64,000 nt of DNA from an uncultured Candidatus Saccharibacteria bacterium (GTDB lineage: Bacteria > Patescibacteriota > Minisyncoccia > Phycocordibacterales > Phycocordibacteraceae), in assembly GCA_964634305.1 (NCBI GenBank), contig CAZWLE010000004.1:35059-99058 (forward strand). Reading direction: 5' to 3'. Shown here in pieces: positions 38,140 through 46,856 of the stretch. Position 1 is the stretch's first letter. The number at the start of each line of letters is the position of its first letter. The notes beneath the pieces were generated by a model, which searched no databases, had not been told where the DNA came from, and worked only from the letters and a program-made list of their open reading frames with translations. The translations under genes were made by a program, and so were the position numbers.

Positions 38140-38661
38140 ATGGCAGGCATCATCACTCCGGTTAAGACGGAAGAGCGCACCAAACTCGGCATTCGCCCGG
38201 GTGACACCGTGCGTGTTCACCAGAAGATTGTTGAAAAGGGTAAGACGCGTACCCAGGTATTCGAGGGTCTCGTCATTGCAACCAAGCACGGTAACGAGGC
38301 AGGTGCTTCCTTCACCGTCCGCGCCAACATGTCAGGCATCGGTGTCGAGCGTATCTTCCCGCTCTTCGCTCCATTCATCGAGAAGATTGAGATTGTGAAG
38401 CGTTCTAAGGTTCGCCGCGCAAAGCTCTACTTCATCCGTGAGAAGGTGGCTCGTGAGGTTCGCCGCCAGCTCCGCAACATGCGCATGATGAACACTTCTA
38501 CAGATGATTTCATCGAGAAGGAGACCTCAGTCGCTGATGCTGAAATCGACGCAGATGTCGCAGCAGTTGAAGCTGACATTGAAGAGGCAGTTGCTGCAGC
38601 AGAAGCATCCGTTGCTGAAGAGGGCGGGGAAGTGAAGGAAGAAGAGAAGGCGACCGCGTAA
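38140..38661 (+). CDS. rplS: 50S ribosomal protein L19 with acidic C-terminal extension
   Basis: PGDTVRVH.KI.E, Q.FEG.VI, GVERIFP, KVRRAKLYF.R. Confidence 0.97.
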   Translation: MAGIITPVKTEERTKLGIRPGDTVRVHQKIVEKGKTRTQVFEGLVIATKHGNEAGASFTVRANMSGIGVERIFPLFAPFIEKIEIVKRSKVRRAKLYFIREKVAREVRRQLRNMRMMNTSTDDFIEKETSVADAEIDADVAAVEADIEEAVAAAEASVAEEGGEVKEEEKATA

Positions 38662-38669
38662 GTTTGTGT

Positions 38670-38710
38670 AAAAGAAGCCGGCCCGCTATAGTAGGCGGGC
38701 CGGCTTCTTT
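38670..38710 (+). terminator. rplS terminator
   Basis: AAAGAAGCCGGCCCGC...GCGGGCCGGCTTCTTT. Confidence 0.75.
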
Positions 38711-38728
38711 ATAAGGCCAGCAGTACCT

Positions 38729-38810
38729 GCCCAGGTGGTGAAATTGGTATACACGTATCCTTGAGGTGGATATGCCGCAAGGTGTGGAGGTTCGAGTCCT
38801 CTCCTGGGCA
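38729..38810 (+). tRNA. tRNA-Leu(GAG)
   Basis: GCCCAGG/CCTGGGC-A, TATCC-TTGAGGT-GGATA. Confidence 0.95.
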
Positions 38811-38814
38811 CAGA

Positions 38815-38850
38815 AAAAGAAAAACCAGAGTATGCTCTGGTTTTTCTTTT
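38815..38850 (+). terminator. tRNA-Leu terminator
   Basis: AAAAACCAGAG-tatg-CTCTGGTTTTT. Confidence 0.75.
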
Positions 38851-38899
38851 GCACTCTTATCCTCTTTTTCATACTGACTTCATCTGCGACTATAGGCAC

Positions 38900-39097
38900 A
38901 TGAAGCAGCGTCTCCTTAAATCTGCCGCCGTGTCGCTTGAGTGGCGTCTCATTGCGTTCATCATTACCGAGCTCTTTTTCTGGGCGACGACCGGTCACTT
39001 CTGGCAGGCAACGATTCTTGCGGTACAACTCCAGCTTATCCTTCTCGTTGCTCATTTTGGTTGGTTTTTTGTGCGCGAAACGAAAACGCAGCAATAG
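38900..39097 (+). CDS. Small 2-TM protein (DUF2061-like)
   Basis: S..WR.IA..IT......TG....A; 65 aa. Confidence 0.6.
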   Translation: MKQRLLKSAAVSLEWRLIAFIITELFFWATTGHFWQATILAVQLQLILLVAHFGWFFVRETKTQQ

Positions 39098-39154
39098 CAC
39101 CACCTCGTTGCTCGTGGTATAAGTGCGAAACGTAGCGGGTTTCGCTACAGACAT

Positions 39155-39228
39155 GGCGGCCTTAGCTCAGCTGGTAGAGCTCTGGTTTGTGGTACCAGCG
39201 GTCGCGGGTTCGAGCCCCGCAGGTCGCC
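39155..39228 (+). tRNA. tRNA-His(GTG)
   Basis: G-1 encoded, C73 discriminator, CTGGT-TTGTGGT-ACCAG. Confidence 0.95.
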
Positions 39229-39234
39229 CCGAAA

Positions 39235-39264
39235 GTAAAAACGCCGGAAGGCGTTTTTGCGTTT
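39235..39264 (+). terminator. tRNA-His terminator
   Basis: AAAAACGCC-ggaa-GGCGTTTTT. Confidence 0.75.
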
Positions 39265-39313
39265 ACTTATCACCCGTGCTTTTATACGCCTCCACCAGAA
39301 CGAGAGGTTACAC

Positions 39314-39538
39314 ATGACCGAACAGGACTGGGAAGAGCTCTATGCTGCGGCCGAGTGGAGCGAGTACATGCGTGCCGTCTTCAAGAAGGTTCGTGAGGCC
39401 GGGTCGCAAGGTGTAGTCCTGGACCATCAGGTATTTCTGAAAGCAGCGCAGATTCTTCGCTTAAGCGAATTTCCGTTCGAGCTGGTTAAGAAACCACGCC
39501 TTCTTGGTGTTGAACGCTGTATCATCAAACGGAAATAG
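39314..39538 (+). CDS. Small orphan protein (74 aa)
   Basis: MTEQDWEELY... with GAGAGGT SD; hairpin 39552-39583 downstream. Confidence 0.6.
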   Translation: MTEQDWEELYAAAEWSEYMRAVFKKVREAGSQGVVLDHQVFLKAAQILRLSEFPFELVKKPRLLGVERCIIKRK

Positions 39539-39598
39539 CGGCGAGAGCGAGAAACGGGAGGCTCCGAAAGGACCCTCCCGTTTTGCTATACTCCCCGC

Positions 39599-39976
39599 AT
39601 GGCTACCTTCATAGATGAATTCAAAGCATTCGCACTCCGCGGTAATGCGCTCGACCTCGCCATTGGTGTGGTCATTGGTGCTGCATTTAATAGCATCGTG
39701 AACTCGCTCGTCGCGGACATCATGACGCCACCCCTGTCTCTTCTCACTGGTGGCATTAACTTCGCTGACCTCGCTATTCCCGTAGGGACGACCGATGCGG
39801 TCATTCGCTACGGTCTGTTTATTCAGTCGATGATAAGTTTCCTTATCACAGCATTCGCACTCTTCCTTCTCGTTCGCTTCATCCACAAGTTTATACATTC
39901 AACGCCACCGCCTGCAGCGGTCAAACCAGCGGAGCTTCTTGTGTTGGAAGAGATTCGCGATTCGTTGAAGAAATAA
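39599..39976 (+). CDS. mscL: Large-conductance mechanosensitive channel
   Basis: EFKAFALRGN..DLAIGVVIGAAF..IV.SLV.DI, YG.F, LEEIRD.L. Confidence 0.97.
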   Translation: MATFIDEFKAFALRGNALDLAIGVVIGAAFNSIVNSLVADIMTPPLSLLTGGINFADLAIPVGTTDAVIRYGLFIQSMISFLITAFALFLLVRFIHKFIHSTPPPAAVKPAELLVLEEIRDSLKK

Positions 39977-39986
39977 TCTGTCATCT

Positions 39987-40646
39987 ATGAAATCACTCAT
40001 TGCCGGTATCGTCGTTATTCTCCTTATTGGTATTGGTGGGTTCGTGTACCGCAACGTAAAGGAGCGCACCGGACAGCCAGAACCTATGGCCTGCACCATG
40101 GAGGCGAAAGTATGTCCCGACGGTTCGTCAGTGGGAAGACAGGGACCAGCGTGTGAATTTGCTGCGTGTCCGCCACCAAACGTTGAAGTAGCGGAAGCAG
40201 GTGTCGCGTTTGCGCTCCCCGACGGATACGTGGCTGACGAAAATGCGTATGGCGCTGATGTGACGGTACTCGGTGCGTTCACCAAGTCATCGCTCTCCGG
40301 GAATCCTCCACACACTATTATCGTTCGCCGCTACCCAATCGCAGCAGGGAAGACCGCCAACGAAACGATTATTGAAAACACGCGGTTCTCACCATCAGAC
40401 CTTCCGGCTGATTCCATGGATGACTTCAAGCCACTCTTCGTGAACGGTAAGACGTTCCAGTCAGTGGTGATTGAGCGCTTCGAGGCGCAGGTACACAGTG
40501 CGTACTACCTTGCACGCCCAACTGATGTTCTTCGCTTTGAAGTCATCGAACATGATGTAACGGAGTGGATGAACCCAGACCTTGTTGTTGCCGACCTTCC
40601 GCAGCACAAGGCGCTCCTTGAGATGCTTGCAACGCTTCAGCCATAG
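39987..40646 (+). CDS. Membrane-anchored protein with small disulfide-rich motif
   Basis: N-terminal TM, ACTMEAKVCPDGSSVGR.GP.CEFAACP. Confidence 0.75.
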   Translation: MKSLIAGIVVILLIGIGGFVYRNVKERTGQPEPMACTMEAKVCPDGSSVGRQGPACEFAACPPPNVEVAEAGVAFALPDGYVADENAYGADVTVLGAFTKSSLSGNPPHTIIVRRYPIAAGKTANETIIENTRFSPSDLPADSMDDFKPLFVNGKTFQSVVIERFEAQVHSAYYLARPTDVLRFEVIEHDVTEWMNPDLVVADLPQHKALLEMLATLQP

Positions 40647-40648
40647 GT

Positions 40649-41047
40649 ATGGGACTTGAAGGTTTGAATGAACAGGAGATAGCGGAGCGTGCTGCACGTC
40701 GAAGACAGGAGCGCGAACAGGAACGTCTTGCGGTGTCAGGGGCCGGTTACTCTCCCGCAGAGCTTCCCGTGGCACTCAACATTAAGAAAGTGCGCGATGC
40801 GTGGTATTCCTCTGCGCAGGCTGAGCAGGTGAACAATCGTATAGCTGATTGGGCGAAAGAGCTCACGGAGCAATATCAGAAGCTCGGGAAGGACCCACTT
40901 CGCCACAAGTACTTCCATGCACTTATTGGTAGTACACCTACGGCAGGTGCAGAATATGATGCAAACCCTGATTTACCTGAGGCTGAGAATTCAGTGCTTG
41001 CCCTCGTTGAACGATTGAAGAAGGAATTTGGTGAACCAAAGGCTTAA
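40649..41047 (+). CDS. Hypothetical protein
   Basis: 132 aa, 2 nt after the previous stop; FH.LIGST motif. Confidence 0.65.
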   Translation: MGLEGLNEQEIAERAARRRQEREQERLAVSGAGYSPAELPVALNIKKVRDAWYSSAQAEQVNNRIADWAKELTEQYQKLGKDPLRHKYFHALIGSTPTAGAEYDANPDLPEAENSVLALVERLKKEFGEPKA

Positions 41048-41847
41048 CCTTCGTGCGCGGTTTCTAGTGCTGGCTCATCGTGATGACCAGGCGCCTCAAT
41101 CCCAAGGAGTCCCATCATGGCAGCAATACCGACAAGAATAGCAATGAACTGTAATGCTGACCGCTTACCGCTGGTTGTTTTGTGTAGTTCTGGGACAAGG
41201 TCAGCGAGTGCGATGTAGATGAATGCGCCGGCGGTGAATGCCGCGATAAGGGGGATAAGTGCTTCGTGTGCCTCGCCAAGCAAGAACGCAAGACCAAGAC
41301 CCGCAAAGGCGGTGAGCGCTGACACAAAATTCAAGAAGAGCGCTTTCATGCGTGAGTAGCCTGCGTGGAGTAAGAGACCAAAGTCACCAACTTCCTGTGG
41401 AATCTCGTGAAGCGCAATTGCGATAGTCGTTGCAATACCAAGTTCGGTGGAAACCATGAACGCGGCTCCTATTGCAAGACCGTCGACAAGGTTGTGTACC
41501 GCGTCTGAACTTAGTACCAATGCACCAACCGGATGGATGCGATTGTGCTCAGGGGAGTACTCATCATCACCGTGGCTGTGGTGCCAGTGGAGGTACTTTT
41601 CAAGAAGGAAGAAGGCGAGCACGCCGCCGAGCGCTGCGAGCGCTACCGAACTTGCGGCTGCCTCGGCAAATGCCTCAGGGAGCAAGTGAATAAAGGCATC
41701 ACCAAGCAGAGCGCCCGCTGCGAGCGAGATGAGCAGGAACAATACTTTTCTAAGAAGGTCTTGGCGAACGGAAAGTCCAGCAAGCCCAAGAAGTGATATG
41801 AGGGATACGGCGCCTACTGCAAGCACGCCTTCTATAAATGGGGTCAT
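41044..41847 (-). CDS. ZIP-family zinc transporter
   Basis: AAGALLGDAFIHLLPE, HWHHSH, D..HN..DG, HEIPQE.GDF; start re-called at MTPF. Confidence 0.95.
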   Translation of the reverse strand: MTPFIEGVLAVGAVSLISLLGLAGLSVRQDLLRKVLFLLISLAAGALLGDAFIHLLPEAFAEAAASSVALAALGGVLAFFLLEKYLHWHHSHGDDEYSPEHNRIHPVGALVLSSDAVHNLVDGLAIGAAFMVSTELGIATTIAIALHEIPQEVGDFGLLLHAGYSRMKALFLNFVSALTAFAGLGLAFLLGEAHEALIPLIAAFTAGAFIYIALADLVPELHKTTSGKRSALQFIAILVGIAAMMGLLGIEAPGHHDEPALETAHEG

Positions 41848-41853
41848 GTGCGG

Positions 41854-41920
41854 AGTGTAATGCCTACCTGTTCTAGATGCAAGTCGTTTGCATGTAAAAA
41901 TGACAGAAAGCAGGTATGAT
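41854..41920. promoter_or_regulatory. Divergent ZIP/zur promoters with a palindromic Zur/Fur-type operator
   Basis: ATGCAA-gtcgt-TTGCAT 41877-41893. Minus strand reads TTGCAT-17-TACACT-6-ATG; plus strand TATGAT-6-ATG. Confidence 0.7.
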
Positions 41921-41926
41921 AGGCCG

Positions 41927-42337
41927 ATGGTTGCAGTTACCGAACTCCTCCGAGGAGCGTCACTTCGTGCCACACCCCAACGGGTGCGGGTACTTGAGCT
42001 ACTTGGACGGCAGAAGAAACCAATTTCTGTGGAAGCGCTAGTTACATCCGGAAAGGGAGCGTTTGATACCACAACGGCGTACCGCGCACTCGATGTGCTA
42101 ACGCGCGGCGGCCTTGTACGCCGTATTAATCTTGATCGGGAGCGTGCATTGTACGAAATTGCTGGTGAACATCATCACCACGCAGTCTGTCGTTTTTGCG
42201 GAACGATACGAGACATATCAGCGTGTGTGCCGATTGGACTATCTGCCCGTGTCTGCGCCTCGTCAGGATTCGCGTCTATAGATTCCCACTCCCTTGAATT
42301 CTATGGAATGTGCACGTCATGTGCTGCGAAAGCATGA
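41927..42337 (+). CDS. zur: Fur-family regulator, probably Zur
   Basis: LR.TPQR..VL, T.YR.L, HHHH.VC..CG, H.LEFYG.C..C; divergent from ZIP. Confidence 0.85.
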   Translation: MVAVTELLRGASLRATPQRVRVLELLGRQKKPISVEALVTSGKGAFDTTTAYRALDVLTRGGLVRRINLDRERALYEIAGEHHHHAVCRFCGTIRDISACVPIGLSARVCASSGFASIDSHSLEFYGMCTSCAAKA

Positions 42338-43410
42338 AAGCGTTATTCATAGCAATCGCGTTTTTTGCATTTCCAGCCTTCGGCGCGGCGCAGACAACAG
42401 ACATATACAAAGCAGTCGTACTCGATGTGCTGCTTGAAGGTGAGTATGCAGTGCCGGCAACAAGTCTTGATGCAAAGTATCAAGCACTGTCCGTCAAAAT
42501 ACTTGATGGGGTACGTGAAGGACAGATTGTTTCAGTTACAAACGATTCACCCTACCAACTCCAAGAAGGAGAACAGTTTTACCTACACCACCTTTTTGCT
42601 GAAGATGGGTCGGATGTATGGGCAGTGGGAGAGCCAGACCGAAGCGTTCCTCTCCTTGCGCTCACCGTCATATTCGTCCTCGCTACAGTTATAGCGGGCG
42701 GTATGGCTGGGGTGCGTGCCATCATATCGTTAGCGGGAAGTTTCGTTATTATCCTCGTAGGACTACTTCCAGTACTTCTTTCAGGAGCCCCTCCCGTTCT
42801 TACCTGTATAGGATTTGCAGTCCTCATACTCGTGTTTTCAATGTTTGTCACCCATGGGTGTAATAAACCCACATTCGTAGCTCTTCTTGGCAGCTTTGCA
42901 GCGCTTCTGCTTGCCGCACTAATTGCTGAAGCTGCAGTGGCTGCGGCGCACCTCTCTGGTTTTGTATCTGATGAGGCAGTGTTCCTTAATTTTGAGACGG
43001 GCGGAACCTTAGATCTTGAAGCTCTTCTCCTTGGAAGTATTCTTATTGGTATCGTTGGAGTACTAAACGACATTAGTGTGTCGCAGGTACATACGGTTGG
43101 GGAGATAACGCATGCCAATCCTGCACTCTCACGACGTGAGGTTTTTGCACGCGCGATGAAAGTGGGAAGGGAACATCTTGGAGCAGTTGTAAATACACTG
43201 CCGCTTGCATATGCGGGCGCGGCTCTCCCGCTGTTACTGCTTTTTGCTGATTCTGGTTCGTCGTTCGCCTTTATCGCAAACAGAGAGACGTTTGCGTCTG
43301 AGATTATCCGCATCCTGGCAGGAGGTATAGGTCTAGCGCTCTCCGGAGCTGTAGCAACCATTCTTGCCGCTTATTTTCTTGTCACCAAAAGGCCCCCAGA
43401 GGCGTCGTGA
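42334..43410 (+). CDS. YibE/F-family membrane protein
   Basis: G..IG..GVL.D....Q, GR.H....VNTL.LAYAG..LP, E..A.EI.R...G.IG. Confidence 0.9.
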   Translation: MKALFIAIAFFAFPAFGAAQTTDIYKAVVLDVLLEGEYAVPATSLDAKYQALSVKILDGVREGQIVSVTNDSPYQLQEGEQFYLHHLFAEDGSDVWAVGEPDRSVPLLALTVIFVLATVIAGGMAGVRAIISLAGSFVIILVGLLPVLLSGAPPVLTCIGFAVLILVFSMFVTHGCNKPTFVALLGSFAALLLAALIAEAAVAAAHLSGFVSDEAVFLNFETGGTLDLEALLLGSILIGIVGVLNDISVSQVHTVGEITHANPALSRREVFARAMKVGREHLGAVVNTLPLAYAGAALPLLLLFADSGSSFAFIANRETFASEIIRILAGGIGLALSGAVATILAAYFLVTKRPPEAS

Positions 43411-43437
43411 TAAAGTGTCCCTACTAACCAATAATCC

Positions 43438-44238
43438 ATGAATGAATCATCCGTAGAGATGTTCCTCCGAGCCACGAAGCCGGTCCGTTATGCGGCCGCT
43501 GCGGCGCTTGGCGTGCTTGCTTTGTTCCTTCTCGCACTCGCTGTGAGTGCGTGGATGAACGTCGGCCGTTCCGAATTTTATCCGACCAAGACCATTACGG
43601 TTGAAGGTACGGGTACCGGTACCGCGATTCCAAATCTCGCGACCGTCTCGTTCTCTATTACTGAAGAGGCAACGACGGTTGCTGATGCACAGGGTAAGGC
43701 AACCGCTAAGACGGACGCTGCACTTGCGGCAGTCTCTGGTCTTGGTATCGAGGAAACTGACGTAAAGACTATTTCGTACAACGTCTATCCAAAGTACGAG
43801 AACGTGTACTGTGCGAGCGGCTACTGCCCAGAAATGCGCAGCCCGAAGATTATCGGCTACGAAGTATCTCAGACCGTCGAAGTGAAGGTTCGGGATACGG
43901 GGAAGGCGGGAGATGTACTCCAGGCACTTGGTAGCCTTAACGTACAGAACATCTCCGGACCGAACTTCACCGTCGACGAGGATGAGGACATCAAGAGTGT
44001 TGCCCGTGAGGAAGCTATTGCTGAGGCAAAGGCCAAGGCGAAGACGCTTGCGAAGGAGCTCGGTGTCTCTCTTGGTAGCGTCGTCTCGTACTACGAGAAC
44101 CCAGGCTACATGCCGTACTACGGCTATGGCGGCGAGGGTAAGGCCATGGACGTAGCGGTTGCACAGTCTGCTCCAGCACTCCCAACGGGGGAGCAGGAGA
44201 CGAGTGTGACTGTGTCTATCACTTACGAGATTCACTAA
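43438..44238 (+). CDS. SIMPL (DUF541) domain protein
   Basis: TITV.G.G....P..A..., GY.V.Q...VKVRD, AR..A...A..KA..LA..LGV.LG, GEQ.....V.ITYEI. Confidence 0.92.
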   Translation: MNESSVEMFLRATKPVRYAAAAALGVLALFLLALAVSAWMNVGRSEFYPTKTITVEGTGTGTAIPNLATVSFSITEEATTVADAQGKATAKTDAALAAVSGLGIEETDVKTISYNVYPKYENVYCASGYCPEMRSPKIIGYEVSQTVEVKVRDTGKAGDVLQALGSLNVQNISGPNFTVDEDEDIKSVAREEAIAEAKAKAKTLAKELGVSLGSVVSYYENPGYMPYYGYGGEGKAMDVAVAQSAPALPTGEQETSVTVSITYEIH

Positions 44239-44250
44239 GAGTCTTTCGTG

Positions 44251-44286
44251 AACGAAAAAGCCCCGTAGATACGGGGCTTTTTCGTT
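44251..44286 (+). terminator. Intrinsic terminator
   Basis: AACGAAAAAGCCCCGT-agat-ACGGGGCTTTTTCGTT. Confidence 0.8.
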
Positions 44287-44360
44287 AATTGACGTATGCT
44301 AGTCTCCTGGTATACTTGTCGGCATAAGCGCCCCGAGGGGCGTTTTAAAATACCCGACGC

Positions 44361-44549
44361 ATGAAATCCTTCATCAGCTATCTCAAGAACGTTCGCGGCG
44401 AGCTCGCGCATGTCGTGTGGCCAAAGCCACGTCAGGCCCTTATTCATACGGGTTTGATTATCGTCATGTCTGCAATCGCTGCACTCTTCATCGGTCTTTC
44501 CGACTACGGTCTGACCTCGCTCGTGAATGTACTCATCTCAGGCCGCTAA
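44361..44549 (+). CDS. secE: Preprotein translocase SecE
   Basis: YLK.V..EL..V.WP + TM; upstream of nusG. Confidence 0.93.
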   Translation: MKSFISYLKNVRGELAHVVWPKPRQALIHTGLIIVMSAIAALFIGLSDYGLTSLVNVLISGR

Positions 44550-44550
44550 T

Positions 44551-45120
44551 ATGGACACTCGCACCGCCCCTCAGTTTGACGAGAATGCTGCAAACAGCGA
44601 ACCACGCTGGTACACCATTCATACCTACGCAGGCTACGAGAACGCTGTTGAGCGTAACTTGAAGCAGCGCATTGAAAGCCTTGGTATGCAGCACAAAATC
44701 TTTGAAGTCGTGGTACCGACTGAGAAGAAGGTGCGCGTGAAGGCAGGGAAGCGTGTGGTTGAGGAAGAGAAAATCTACCCTGGCTACATTCTCGTGAAGA
44801 TGATTGTTGATGAGGATTCGTGGTTTGTCGTTCGTAACACCCCTCGCGTTACCGGCTTTGTCGGTTCTGGCACCACCCCTGTTCCTATGGAAGAGGCAGA
44901 AGTGAACACTCTTATGAAGCGTATGGATGCGGAAGCACCTAAGCACCGTATCGACCTTCAGAAGGATGACCCCGTCGTCATTAACGACGGTCCGTTTAAA
45001 GACCTTGAGGGTAAGGTGGGTGAAATCGACGAGGACCGTGGAAAGGTTAAGGTTATGGTCGCCATGTTCGGCCGTGAGACCCCGGTTGAGCTTGATTTCT
45101 TGCAGATACGCAAGCTCTAA
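44551..45120 (+). CDS. nusG: Transcription antitermination factor NusG
   Basis: WY.IHTY.GYE, YPGY.LV.M, VRNTP.VTGFVG, DGPF, MFGRETPVELDF.Q. Confidence 0.98.
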   Translation: MDTRTAPQFDENAANSEPRWYTIHTYAGYENAVERNLKQRIESLGMQHKIFEVVVPTEKKVRVKAGKRVVEEEKIYPGYILVKMIVDEDSWFVVRNTPRVTGFVGSGTTPVPMEEAEVNTLMKRMDAEAPKHRIDLQKDDPVVINDGPFKDLEGKVGEIDEDRGKVKVMVAMFGRETPVELDFLQIRKL

Positions 45121-45143
45121 GATAGATTCCTAAGCACAGATAT

Positions 45144-45563
45144 ATGCCAAAAGTCGTAAAGAAAATTAAGCTCCAGATTGCCGCAGGTAAGGCTACCCCT
45201 GCGCCTCCTGTTGGTACCGTACTTGGTCCTGCTGGCGTTAACATTGCTGACTTCGTCAACAAGTTCAACGAGCAGACCCGCGACAAGATGGGAGACATCA
45301 TCCCAGTCGACATGTCGGTCTACGAGGACCGTACGTTTACCTTCGTCCTCAAGACCCCTCCAGCGTCTCGCCTTATCTTGAAGAAGATGGGTATCGACAA
45401 GGGTTCTCAGAAGCCAGGCAGCAAGTCAGGCGGCACCATCACCAAGGCTCAGGTCCGTGAGATTTCTGAGCAGAAGATGCCAGACCTCAACGCAGCGTCT
45501 CCTGAAGCGGCAGACCGCATCATCGAAGGTACTGCTCGTTCGATGGGTATCCAGGTTAAATAA
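45144..45563 (+). CDS. rplK: 50S ribosomal protein L11
   Basis: [35 protein letters not shown]. Confidence 0.98.
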   Translation: MPKVVKKIKLQIAAGKATPAPPVGTVLGPAGVNIADFVNKFNEQTRDKMGDIIPVDMSVYEDRTFTFVLKTPPASRLILKKMGIDKGSQKPGSKSGGTITKAQVREISEQKMPDLNAASPEAADRIIEGTARSMGIQVK

Positions 45564-45571
45564 ACCGACCT

Positions 45572-45606
45572 AAAGAAAAAGCCCCGCACTGCGGGGCTTT
45601 TTCTTT
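45572..45606. terminator. Bidirectional terminator (rplK / folA)
   Basis: AAAGAAAAAGCCCCGC-act-GCGGGGCTTTTTCTTT. Confidence 0.85.
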
Positions 45607-46099
45607 ATCTCTCTAGCGTCACGTATTCGTACGGTGGATTATGTTCCGGATGCAACTCCTGCTCGACCATCTTCGTGAACTCGGGATATTCAGGAAAGTG
45701 CACATCGCCATCGCTGTCATCGTCGACGAGAGTAAGCATGAGGCGGTCGATGTAAGGAAGTGCGGCGGCAAAGATACCGCTTCCGCCTATGATAAAAATC
45801 TCATCCGCTCCTGGAGCGTTCTTTGCTTCTTCAATAGCTGCCTCTACTGAGGTAACGACTGTAGCTCCTGGCGCATCATAGTCAGCGTTGCGTGAGACCA
45901 CGATGTTGGTGCGCTTTGGTAAGGGGCGACGTTCTGCAGGGAGAGATTCCCAGGTGAGACGACCCATGATGATTGGATGTTCGCGCGTTACGTTTCGGAA
46001 GCGTTCGAGATCAGCGGGAATATCCCAGACGAGGTCATTGTCTTTACCCAGGACGCGCGTGCGCTTACCAATAGCAGCGATAGCAGAGATGCGGCTCAT
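45605..46099 (-). CDS. folA: Dihydrofolate reductase
   Basis: G.DN.L.W.IP.DL..F, IMGR.TWES, RPLP.R.NIV, IIGG, D..FP. Confidence 0.97.
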   Translation of the reverse strand: MSRISAIAAIGKRTRVLGKDNDLVWDIPADLERFRNVTREHPIIMGRLTWESLPAERRPLPKRTNIVVSRNADYDAPGATVVTSVEAAIEEAKNAPGADEIFIIGGSGIFAAALPYIDRLMLTLVDDDSDGDVHFPEYPEFTKMVEQELHPEHNPPYEYVTLER

Positions 46100-46410
46100 A
46101 GTTCGTAGAGAGGAAAGATATCATATGCGATGTCCTCGTAGGGATGCACCGCTTTCAAAGCATCAAGAACAGCGCGTACATATTGCTCTTCCACTTGGCA
46201 CTCAACGCGCTCTTCTTCTACCTCTTCGCTTTTCCCAACCTCGCCAATGGCAGGGTCTGCTCCGGGAAGGGGAGTGAAGCGTCCGATGCCGCGTGAGCTA
46301 AAGCTAGCGAACGAGTATTTATCGGATTTGCCGGCGCCAGCTTCGCCCACCGCCTGCCGGACTCGTTCCGCATCAGCGACGGGAACTGTGTATACGAGCT
46401 TGAACTTCAT
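46096..46410 (-). CDS. YqfO/NIF3-insert PII-like domain protein (stand-alone)
   Basis: KL...VP......VR.A...AGAG....Y...SF...G.G.F.P..GA.PAIG..G..E.V.E, HPYE..AYD. Confidence 0.9.
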   Translation of the reverse strand: MKFKLVYTVPVADAERVRQAVGEAGAGKSDKYSFASFSSRGIGRFTPLPGADPAIGEVGKSEEVEEERVECQVEEQYVRAVLDALKAVHPYEDIAYDIFPLYEL

Positions 46411-46856
46411 GTACCTACTATACGTGTCGACTTGTATACACGCACGCCGGACGGACTTACGACTGCCACCGTATCCATAGGTTGGTCCCAGGATTCGCGC
46501 ACTAACGGCATCTCTGAAAACTGCGTCTCATAGCAAAAACCAACCCGAAACCATTGCTTCGGCACTTCTGCAAGAAAACGGTCATACCATCCACCACCTC
46601 TTCCGTGCCGGGTACCTAATGCGTCGAACGAACGGCCAGGTACGAAAATAACAGTAGGTATATCTCCCATAGCGTCTTGTGCTCGCTTCGCTTCTGCAAT
46701 GGGGTCGAGTGATGCGCGTGGCGCAATCTCATATGTCGTCGCTCCCTCGGGAAGAGTCACATAGTCACGAAAGGGAACTTCTGCTTTGAGCGGAACGTAT
46801 GTGATAAAGGCGCCATACGGCGCCAGTATCGTGGTTATTTCGTTTTCTTGTGCCAC
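46407..46856 (-). CDS. 5-formyltetrahydrofolate cyclo-ligase (N-terminally short)
   Basis: VPG..FD..G.R.GRGGGWYDR.L, Q....P...WD..MD. Start uncertain (GTG 46856 or 46919, overlapping dcd). Confidence 0.85.
   Translation of the reverse strand: MAQENEITTILAPYGAFITYVPLKAEVPFRDYVTLPEGATTYEIAPRASLDPIAEAKRAQDAMGDIPTVIFVPGRSFDALGTRHGRGGGWYDRFLAEVPKQWFRVGFCYETQFSEMPLVRESWDQPMDTVAVVSPSGVRVYKSTRIVGT

Noticed and set aside
39125-39148. Alternative short hairpins before tRNA-His
   Set aside because: The 6-7 bp stems could be chance or a tRNA leader; no support for a switch.
38510-39154. 214-aa minus-strand ORF, and similar ORFs at 25776 and 30931
   Set aside because: They run across tRNA genes and terminators.
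42579-44235. Long antisense ORFs (260 and 262 aa) over YibE/F and SIMPL
   Set aside because: Shadow frames from codon bias, with no motifs or expression signals.
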